A stretch of 64,000 bases of DNA from a virus, in IMG/VR virus record IMGVR_UViG_3300045988_183453. The stretch is one strand, 5' to 3'. Of this stretch, positions 28,929 to 36,247 are shown in pieces. The translations under genes and the position numbers were made by a program. The notes under the pieces were generated by a model. The model was not told the origin of the DNA. It searched no databases and saw nothing but the letters and a program-made list of their open reading frames with translations. Each line of letters starts with the position of its first letter. The stretch's first letter is position 1.

Positions 28929-29729
28929 TCATAGTTTCAGCTGCCCTACACAGCTCTGCGCAGTGGGCAGTAGTTTGTGGGTTATCTCGTTGCGGAAATA
29001 CTTAGGGTCCACGGCCCGCATCCCGAACCGCACACGGTCTAAAGCATCTGCATCCTTGAGAATCGTATATAGCAGCCACACCCGTTCTTTGTTTCGAATA
29101 TTGGATGTTTTGAGGTCTGCAAGAGCCTTGCGGTCATCCAAGCAATGATACTCGATGAGGAAAGCAGTTGCCGGATTGCAGTCGGAGACTGTGTCATAAT
29201 AAATGTCCCTAGACTTTGCTCCGTGGCTGTCATCGACATCATCGTTTGTCCGCCCAATATCATGGTAAAGAATCGCATCACATAGCTGGTGGGATTCTTT
29301 TCTTGTTAAGGCAATGCCCTGAACCTGAACCAAAAGCAGCGCATCAAAGAGAACTCGCAGCGTATGCTCGGCGTCGTGCTCCTCATCATTAGCCCGGCCA
29401 TAAGCATCATACAGAGTGGAAATGCGGCTCCGGTAGTGCTGGTAGAGAGGGTAGAACGCCTGGATTTCGTCTGTCAGAGCGTTGATACCGAGAAGCACAT
29501 CGACCTTTACATCTTTTACGGCAGCCGTGGGGACAAGGACCTCTTTTTCCTCATCGTCCGGAAAATACTCGATAATATCACTTTTGTTGATATGGGCAGT
29601 GATGATTCTGCTGTTCTCGAGACTCGGAATGCGGCAGGCGAAGAAACAGGCTGCCTTGTAGCTCGTGGTCCAGGAAAAGGACTTTTTGTATGTAGTAGAC
29701 TTGCTGCCTTCCCCACGATAAACAGTCAC
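28929..29729 (-). CDS. HD-domain phosphohydrolase-like protein
   Basis: H..R…LYHDIGR … KDADALDRV, the HD superfamily metal-binding motifs. Confidence 0.6.
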   Translation of the reverse strand: MTVYRGEGSKSTTYKKSFSWTTSYKAACFFACRIPSLENSRIITAHINKSDIIEYFPDDEEKEVLVPTAAVKDVKVDVLLGINALTDEIQAFYPLYQHYRSRISTLYDAYGRANDEEHDAEHTLRVLFDALLLVQVQGIALTRKESHQLCDAILYHDIGRTNDDVDDSHGAKSRDIYYDTVSDCNPATAFLIEYHCLDDRKALADLKTSNIRNKERVWLLYTILKDADALDRVRFGMRAVDPKYFRNEITHKLLPTAQSCVGQLKL

Positions 29730-29777
29730 GGTATCCGGCAGGCTGGATAGCCTCTTTATAGTATCCTGCTTTTGTTT

Positions 29778-30326
29778 CTAAGATTTTTCGGCAAAGACTT
29801 TTTGGAGGTCATCCTCCTTGAGAGCAGAGAAGCCAAAGTCGCTGGTACGATAAAGGTCCAGAAAGAGTGAGTACAAGTCCTCGTCAGGGTTAGACAACTC
29901 AATGTACCTGGAAAGAACAGACACACGAAGGCTGTTTTCCAGGGAAAAGAGGTAGCTGCGAATGAAGGGGGCGTTTCCCGATGAGATTTTCTCGGCCATA
30001 TCCAGAACTCTCTGCTGAAACTTTTCGTCCGATTCGCCGTTCACAGCCAGACGCTTGTCCCCGTAAATGTTCAGAGAGAGAACAATGGGAACGGTCGTGC
30101 TATCGAGCTCGCAATAATAAAGAGGAGCAAGCATATTGTGCGCAGCATAAATCTTGTCGACGGGGAGTCTCGGATACTTTTTAGCGAATTCAGTGGCCGT
30201 TATACCGATGCTGTAGCCTTCTTTGTAGTACCGTTCAATGTCAGCACTTGTCTGCACTGCAGTGAGGGGTAGCATCGTCTCGAGACTTGCTTGGTTGATG
30301 CTTACAAGAATATTCCCGACCGTCAT
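29778..30326 (-). CDS. Hypothetical protein (182 aa), first gene of the HD-domain operon
   Basis: ORF with an 8-codon gap to the HD gene. Confidence 0.5.
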   Translation of the reverse strand: MTVGNILVSINQASLETMLPLTAVQTSADIERYYKEGYSIGITATEFAKKYPRLPVDKIYAAHNMLAPLYYCELDSTTVPIVLSLNIYGDKRLAVNGESDEKFQQRVLDMAEKISSGNAPFIRSYLFSLENSLRVSVLSRYIELSNPDEDLYSLFLDLYRTSDFGFSALKEDDLQKVFAEKS

Positions 30327-30625
30327 TGTTTTTCTCCTCCCACAATTCTTTCTAACATAATTATATCATATTTTACAGATGGACGGGCCAAAATCGCAAC
30401 TTTGTTCATGAATACTTAAACTTTATGCACGAGATTTATTGTTGCCCTAATATATAAAACTAGAACCCCGTCATCTTGGATGGGGCTCTTGAGTTGTAAC
30501 TGGAGGTGTATCTCATTTTGTGCCAGGGGTATTGTATGGTAGTTTTCGAAAATGAGTGCAAAAAAACAAACACCAGAAGTCGAACTCAAAAATATCTTAG
30601 TCTTGGCAAGTTTACCCTTGCGCCG

Positions 30626-30645
30626 CTGTGCGAACTTCGTACAAT
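30626..30645 (+). promoter_or_regulatory. Motif promoter P1a (TTGCGC-N16-TACAAT, spacer CTGTGCGAACTTCG)
   Basis: ctgtgcgaacttcgtacaat. Confidence 0.55.
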
Positions 30646-30651
30646 AAGAAT

Positions 30652-30786
30652 TGTACAAGAGAAACGGCAAGAGACATTTGTAGTGATTATAGTTGGTCGC
30701 CACGAATCGATGCCGTGTCTGCTTGCGCATAATTACCTCTTTTCGAAGCCCACAGGTCATTCTCTCACCTGTGGGTTTTGTTTATT
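30652..30786 (+). ncRNA. Candidate short RNA (~135 nt) between P1a and a strong intrinsic terminator
   Basis: Terminator hairpin cccacaggtcattctctcacctgtggg (30748-30773) plus TTTTGTTTATT. No credible ORF with an RBS. Confidence 0.4.
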
Positions 30787-30794
30787 GCGGAATC

Positions 30795-30812
30795 GTGCGA
30801 ATTGCAGACAAT
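30795..30812 (+). promoter_or_regulatory. Motif promoter P1b (GTGCGAATTGCAGACAAT)
   Basis: TTGCGG-N16-GACAAT immediately after the terminator. Confidence 0.55.
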
Positions 30813-30883
30813 TAAAGACAGAGCGATTGTGAGATGGGGCGATACCGATGCAGTAGGGATGAGAATCTTAGCAGCTAAAAGAG

Positions 30884-30958
30884 TCAACAACCCCGCCTAA
30901 ACCGGTTCACCGGTTATAGACGGGGCTTGCGGGGTAACCCGTAAGCTCGGTTGATTAG
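30884..30958 (+). ncRNA. Conserved structured RNA-like module, copy A
   Basis: caacaaccccgcctaaaccggttcaccggttatagacggggcttgcggggtaacccgtaagctcggttgattagcc. Nested hairpin (ccccgcc[aaccggt-ttca-accggtt]ggcgggg) plus hairpin gcttgcgggg-taa-cccgtaagc. About 92% identical to 43118-43195. Confidence 0.45.
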
Positions 30959-31138
30959 CCTAAGTCTGCTGCTCCGGCGGCAGGAAACTACGTTGTGTAC
31001 TAATAATATAGGCACCTTATCCATGCTCCACAAGTGGTGAGCTCTGCAGGCGTTTCGTTAAACATCTCCGAGGGGAGGAGAAGTGCGAGCGTCATGTCGA
31101 AAGGCTAAAACAGTGCATAACATTGGCGAAGTGGACCA

Positions 31139-31178
31139 CAGGACGCAAGTCCTGACTTATAGTTTTATTACTATTTTA
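31139..31178 (+). terminator. Possible leader terminator before the flotillin gene
   Basis: caggac-GCAA-gtcctg hairpin followed by a U-rich tract (acttatagttttattactatttta). Weak. Confidence 0.35.
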
Positions 31179-31198
31179 CGAATGGAGAAACAAAAATT

Positions 31199-32842
31199 AT
31201 GGTATATGTGATTGGAATTGTAGCAGCCCTGATTATTCTCTTTGGATTTCTCTGCTACAAGAAAGCTCCGCCCACGGAGGCTATCGTTGTAACTGGCTTT
31301 GGCCTGTCTAAGCCTAAAGTGGTTTGCGGAAAGGGTACATTTGTTCTGCCCGTTCTTCAACGGGCTGACCGACTGAATATGCGCCTTTTGAAAATCGATG
31401 TCAAGACTCCTGAAACAGGTGTTAAGACGAAGAACGGCGTAAGTCTCTGGATTGACTCTGTTGTCACGATTCAAGTCTACAGCGAAAACTCTACCGTTCT
31501 GGATGAAGAAGTGAAGGCATCCGGTCTGAAAGACGCCAAGGCGTACATCATGTCCCGACAACAGGCAGCCATCTCGAACTTTCTGGGCATGAACGAGCAG
31601 GGCATCAATGAGAAAGTTAATGACGTTCTGCAGGGCAATTTGCGTGAGATTGTCTCTGACATGACCGTTGACCAAATTCTGACGAACCGCAAGCAGATGG
31701 CTGTGAGCGTTATCGAGAATGCTCGCCCCGACCTTGCTAAGATGGGACTTGAGGTCGTGACTTTTAATGTCCAGGACATCAGGGATGCAGTGGATGTTCA
31801 AGGCCACAATCACGGCGTTATCGAAGCTATCGGCATTGAACAGGAAGAGCTTGTGAAAAAACAGGCTGAAATTGCCCGTGCTCAGGCTGCCCGTGATGTA
31901 GCCTGCGCGAAGGCCGATGCTGAGATGGCTGCAAATGCCAAGGAAGTTGAAGCGCAGACTGCGATTGCAAAACGCAACAATGAATTGCAGCTCGCCAAGG
32001 CAAAGCTGAAAGCTGAAGCTGATAAAGCTGCGGCTGACGCAGATGCTGCCGGTCAGATTCAGATGAATCTCCGCGCCAAAGAAATCAAAGAAGCGGAAGC
32101 GGATGCTGAAATCGCCAAGCAGAAGAAAATGGTAGACCTTGCCGCACAGGAAGCCGAGGTCCAGCAACGCAAACTGGATGCGGAAGTCCGCAAACAGGCA
32201 GATGCTGACCTGTACCGCCGCCAGAAAGAGGCAGAAGCCAAGAAATATGAGGCGGAACGTGCAGCTGAGGCACAGAAGTTCTCCAAGCAGCAGGAAGCAG
32301 AAGGCATTGAGCTTGTCGGTAAGGCAGAAGCTGAAGCGATTCGTCAGAAAGGCTTGGCTGAAGCGGAAGCCATGAAACAGAAAGCAGAGGCATATAAGCA
32401 GTATAACGATGCGGCTGTGGCTGAAATGCTCATCAAGGTTCTTCCTGACATTGCCAAGAGCGTGGCTCAGCCTTTGTCCAGCATTGATAAGGTTTCTATC
32501 ATTGGCGGTGATGCCTCCGGCGTATCCGGCGTTTCCGGGAACGTTCCTATCCTGATGGCTCAAACCATGCAGACGGTGAAAGAAGCGACCGGCATTGACA
32601 TGGGCGAAATTGTCCGTGCCAACAGCATCCAGGCAAAGACAGACCGCAACATCAACATTATGACTCAATGTGAACAGCCTGAGAATAACAAAGAGAAAGG
32701 AGGTGCCAAGGCAATGGAACGCGTAGAAGGCGGCTATCTGATTCATGAGAAGAATCTCAACGGTGAGGAAGTCACTCATTTTCGACCGGATGTGACCGAA
32801 GAAGAGAAGGCTATCATGAAAGACAAAAAGGCCAAAGATTAA
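31199..32842 (+). CDS. Flotillin-like SPFH/band-7 protein (FloT/YuaG-like)
   Basis: N-terminal TM, SPFH domain, long Ala/Glu-rich coiled coil (AEAEAIRQKGLAEAEAMKQKAEAYKQY); 547 aa. Confidence 0.85.
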   Translation: MVYVIGIVAALIILFGFLCYKKAPPTEAIVVTGFGLSKPKVVCGKGTFVLPVLQRADRLNMRLLKIDVKTPETGVKTKNGVSLWIDSVVTIQVYSENSTVLDEEVKASGLKDAKAYIMSRQQAAISNFLGMNEQGINEKVNDVLQGNLREIVSDMTVDQILTNRKQMAVSVIENARPDLAKMGLEVVTFNVQDIRDAVDVQGHNHGVIEAIGIEQEELVKKQAEIARAQAARDVACAKADAEMAANAKEVEAQTAIAKRNNELQLAKAKLKAEADKAAADADAAGQIQMNLRAKEIKEAEADAEIAKQKKMVDLAAQEAEVQQRKLDAEVRKQADADLYRRQKEAEAKKYEAERAAEAQKFSKQQEAEGIELVGKAEAEAIRQKGLAEAEAMKQKAEAYKQYNDAAVAEMLIKVLPDIAKSVAQPLSSIDKVSIIGGDASGVSGVSGNVPILMAQTMQTVKEATGIDMGEIVRANSIQAKTDRNINIMTQCEQPENNKEKGGAKAMERVEGGYLIHEKNLNGEEVTHFRPDVTEEEKAIMKDKKAKD

Positions 32843-32970
32843 AGACAACATGAAAAGAGGGTGACTCGAAAGAGCCATCCTTTTTTCTGTTGTGACGCAA
32901 ACGAAAAGTTCATGGTAGCCATCCAATTTGGGTAACTGTCTTTTTTGCATGTTAAGGCTTTGTTGCTGAA

Positions 32971-32989
32971 TTGTGCGAATTGAAGATAA
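32971..32989 (+). promoter_or_regulatory. Motif promoter P2 (TGTGCGAATTGAAGATAAT)
   Basis: TTGCTG-N16-GATAAT. Confidence 0.55.
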
Positions 32990-33044
32990 TTAAAAACAAA
33001 AGATGCTTTGTATCAAATCGATTGAAACCGAAGAGGTGAAGTTA

Positions 33045-33848
33045 ATGCTCGGCGTGAGTTTGATTATCATAGCAGCGGCTATAGTCTACATGGTCGAAAC
33101 CTATATCAGCACCTATTACACTATCGAATACATGCACGGAACATCGCTGTTCCTTATCCTCCTTGCGAAATATGGCACGCCAGTCCTGTTCCTGCTGCTC
33201 TGCGCCTACATTGCATATCGCAATTTCCTCAAAAAGCAGAAAGCTGCGGCTTCTGCTGCATCTGAACGGCCTACAAGCAAAGAAGAGCTGTATACCAACA
33301 AAATTCAAACGGCAGTAAAGACAAAAAGCGTCTTCTCAGAGCAGGCTGACCAAATGCTGTATCAGGTACGGCGCTTCGGGCAAAAAATGGCCGTTGCCTA
33401 CAGCATGACCCAGGATAGCAAGACATCCGGGGAACAAGCCAAGTGCCTAACGTTATTGGAATCCGCAGAACGTATCTTCTATGACCGACTGGATGACGCG
33501 ATTCGCTCGGCTTCAATGTTTGATGAAACGGAATACAAGGCTTTCTGTCAAGGCTCTATCTCGTTTGGAAACAAAGAAGAAGCGCAGAAAAAGAAAGAAA
33601 TCTACAATGGTATCGTAAGTACCGTGGATAAGGTAGTTCATGACAATGAGCGCTTAATCCTCCGATTAGATTCTTTAGCATACGCTCTGAACCAACGTTC
33701 TGCCCAGAATCCGTGGGATACAGAGGTTGTGCTCGCAATGTCAAAGCTCGATGCTGTCATTAACAAGACGACGCAGGATATTGAACAGGATGAAGATATC
33801 AGTCGTGAGGCTATGAAACGATATAACAACTTGAAAGGAGAAATTTAA
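33045..33848 (+). CDS. Membrane protein (3 TM) with soluble C-terminal domain
   Basis: Start MLGVSLIIIAAAIVYM with RBS GAGGTG (the track start 33003 lies in the promoter). Adjacent to the flotillin gene. Confidence 0.5.
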   Translation: MLGVSLIIIAAAIVYMVETYISTYYTIEYMHGTSLFLILLAKYGTPVLFLLLCAYIAYRNFLKKQKAAASAASERPTSKEELYTNKIQTAVKTKSVFSEQADQMLYQVRRFGQKMAVAYSMTQDSKTSGEQAKCLTLLESAERIFYDRLDDAIRSASMFDETEYKAFCQGSISFGNKEEAQKKKEIYNGIVSTVDKVVHDNERLILRLDSLAYALNQRSAQNPWDTEVVLAMSKLDAVINKTTQDIEQDEDISREAMKRYNNLKGEI

Positions 33849-33849
33849 C

Positions 33850-35544
33850 GTGACAAAAAAGAACATTTTCCCTGTAGTTGCAACCATCGCCGTGGTGGGT
33901 GTTGTTCTCGGAGTATTTTCGATGACGGTGATGAGGGACTCGAATGTCAGCATCAGCACGATGACTTCCGAGCAGGCATATGCCAACTTGAGCAGCAAGA
34001 TGAAACGTATCGGGGTGCAGGAAGTATCCGTCAATCCGCAGCAGCTTGATGTATCGGAGTTTCTGGACGCAAAGGATGAACTGCCCGACATTGAATCCTC
34101 CTACCCATTCGTGGTGGAGGGGAACGGTGATGTCAACATTGAAGTCTTCTCTTCCGGCGAGAAAGCAGCAGAATCCGGCTCCGATTCTTTCCTGACAAGC
34201 ATGGCAAAAAAGTTCAATGCCCAGCACAACAAGACTTCCGGAGACAAGACTATGAGTGTCTCCCTGCGCTCCGTTCCGTCCGGTACGGCGGCTGAGTACA
34301 TCTCGACGGGAAAGTATCAGCCCGAGTGCTATACCCCCTCAAATACGCTCTTTGGCGAGCTGGTGAAGAACGAGGGCGTAGAATTGACCGTTGAGGCTGA
34401 CCGTCTGGTCGGCAATGTGGCGGGTATTCTCGTATCAAAGAAGACAGGGGATATGCTTCGCTCTGAATACGGTGAAGCGTCTGTTTCTTCCGTTCTGAAC
34501 GCAACCATCGATGGCAAACTCATGATGGGGTATTCCAACCCATATACCAGCGCAACTGGTCTTAACTTCCTGCTTGCTGCATTGGCAAGCAGCGGCAGCG
34601 ATACGATTGTCGATACGGCTGCTGTTGAGAATTTCCAGAAATTTCAAGCGAACGTCCCTCTCGTATCCTTCACGACCCAGCAGATGGTCCAGTCGGCTGA
34701 CAAGGGTATCGTGGACGGTGTCGTGATGGAGTACCAGTCTTATCAGAATGACCCGACCTTGCAGCGCAACTACGAGTTCATCCCGTTCGGTGTGCGGCAT
34801 GATAACCCCCTGTATTCTATTGGAAGCATCTCGGCCGAAAAGAAGGAAGTTATTGCTGCGTTCGTTTCCCTCTGCGCCCAGAATCAGGCAGAAGCGACGA
34901 AGGACGGGTTCAATGGTCTTGACGACTATGCTTATACAGGCAAGGCATACGACGGCAACACCATCGCACAGGCTCAGAGTGTCTGGAAAGAAGAGAAGGA
35001 TTCCGGTATTCCTATTGTGGCAGAGTTCGTTGTCGATACTTCCGGCTCGATGCGCGGCGAACCCCTGAATGCCCTGAAAACCGCGATGATAAACACCATC
35101 CAGTATATCAATGACGACAACTATATCGGCATCATTGGCTTTGATTCAGATGTCAGGGAATACCTGCCCATTGACCAGTTCTCTCTGACCCAGAAAACTC
35201 TGTATAAGGGTGCCGTGAACTCCCTCGATGCGAACGGCAGCACCGCAATGTACAACGGTCTTTGCGTTGCTATGGACCGCATCTACCAGAAATCTCAGGA
35301 ACTGGGTGGGAATTGCACGCTCATCATCTTTGTGCTCACGGACGGTGACAACAATACCGGATATGGCTTCTCCGATACGAAGAACATCATTGCCGGTATG
35401 GATATCCCCATTTACACCATCAGCTACAACTACGCAGCGGATAGTCTTTCGGAGCTCGCTTCCATCAACGAAGCGGCAGCTATCGTTGGTAACAGCGAGG
35501 ATATCACCTACAAGCTCCGCAACCTGTTTAACGCAGAGATGTAA
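33850..35544 (+). CDS. Membrane-anchored protein with C-terminal von Willebrand factor A (vWA) domain
   Basis: N-terminal TM; MIDAS-like VVDTSGSMRGEPL and the LTDGDNNTG motif. Confidence 0.7.
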   Translation: MTKKNIFPVVATIAVVGVVLGVFSMTVMRDSNVSISTMTSEQAYANLSSKMKRIGVQEVSVNPQQLDVSEFLDAKDELPDIESSYPFVVEGNGDVNIEVFSSGEKAAESGSDSFLTSMAKKFNAQHNKTSGDKTMSVSLRSVPSGTAAEYISTGKYQPECYTPSNTLFGELVKNEGVELTVEADRLVGNVAGILVSKKTGDMLRSEYGEASVSSVLNATIDGKLMMGYSNPYTSATGLNFLLAALASSGSDTIVDTAAVENFQKFQANVPLVSFTTQQMVQSADKGIVDGVVMEYQSYQNDPTLQRNYEFIPFGVRHDNPLYSIGSISAEKKEVIAAFVSLCAQNQAEATKDGFNGLDDYAYTGKAYDGNTIAQAQSVWKEEKDSGIPIVAEFVVDTSGSMRGEPLNALKTAMINTIQYINDDNYIGIIGFDSDVREYLPIDQFSLTQKTLYKGAVNSLDANGSTAMYNGLCVAMDRIYQKSQELGGNCTLIIFVLTDGDNNTGYGFSDTKNIIAGMDIPIYTISYNYAADSLSELASINEAAAIVGNSEDITYKLRNLFNAEM

Positions 35545-35815
35545 CTCAAAAGCGCGGTTTTGTCCGCGCAGCTGCTCCAAAAGACAGCCTCCACACGGCG
35601 AGCAGCGGGAACATGCTGGTCGGAAACGGCACGGTCGGCAGCTACCAGTGCCACTCGATGAATGAGGCGGTCGATATGGTCGCCGCCTTGTACAATGGCA
35701 GAAAAACAGAAGCAGCGCAAGCATAACCATTCTGCAAAAATATATGCCGTTCACCTTTTTGGGTGGACGGCTTTTTGTTTTGTGAATACAGCGATTCAGT
35801 GGCGAAGCGAGCCGA

Positions 35816-35860
35816 TTTTACCAGCAGTTTGATATTCTGCGGCATGATTTCCAGCAGTTT
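35816..35860 (+). repeat. Direct repeats ACCAGCAGTTTGATAYTCTG, two copies with a third at 42008-42030
   Basis: ccagcagtttgatattctgcgg … ccagcagtttgatactctgtgg; compare ccagcactttgatattttgtgg at 42010. Confidence 0.5.
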
Positions 35861-35884
35861 GATACTCTGTGGGCAGTTGCACAG

Positions 35885-35904
35885 CCGTGCAAATTGCATA
35901 CAAT
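35885..35904 (+). promoter_or_regulatory. Motif promoter P13 (CCGTGCAAATTGCATACAAT)
   Basis: TTGCAC-N16-TACAAT, followed by a ~340-nt leader before gene 36248. Confidence 0.5.
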
Positions 35905-36247
35905 GGGAATTGAAGAACAAAAAGAGCGATGCAAGGCTGTATTTACAAAAAATCCTGTGAGCGTTTTTTAGTATTCATTAAACGACACGAAATTCAACAA
36001 AACGTGAAGAGAATACAAGAAAAGGTGAATGAAATCCGGCTGAGGCGGATAAAACTTGCGCTGAGTGGTTTGAAGTCCGGACAATGGGACAGCTAAAGTG
36101 GTAAAATGAAACTAGGAATACCTAAAATCAGATTTAACCGAAAAAACAAAAACCATGAATGAATAATTGGTTGCTAAAAAGTAACCGCTCGCTTTTATAC
36201 CCAAACCAACAAATGACCCAAATCTGTTTAGGAAGGATAGGTACAAA

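Noticed and set aside
30416-30832. ORFs 30506..30832 (+) and 30416..30760 (-) in the P1a/P1b region.
   Set aside because: They span two promoters and an intrinsic terminator. The region looks like a short non-coding transcript.
30884-30958. Interpreting the conserved 75-nt structured element, or its reverse complement, as a tRNA or as attL/attR direct repeats of a nested integrated element.
   Set aside because: No cloverleaf with T-arm or anticodon arm could be drawn on either strand. No integrase or recombinase gene lies between or near the two copies, and the copies sit inside transcription units rather than at gene-island borders.
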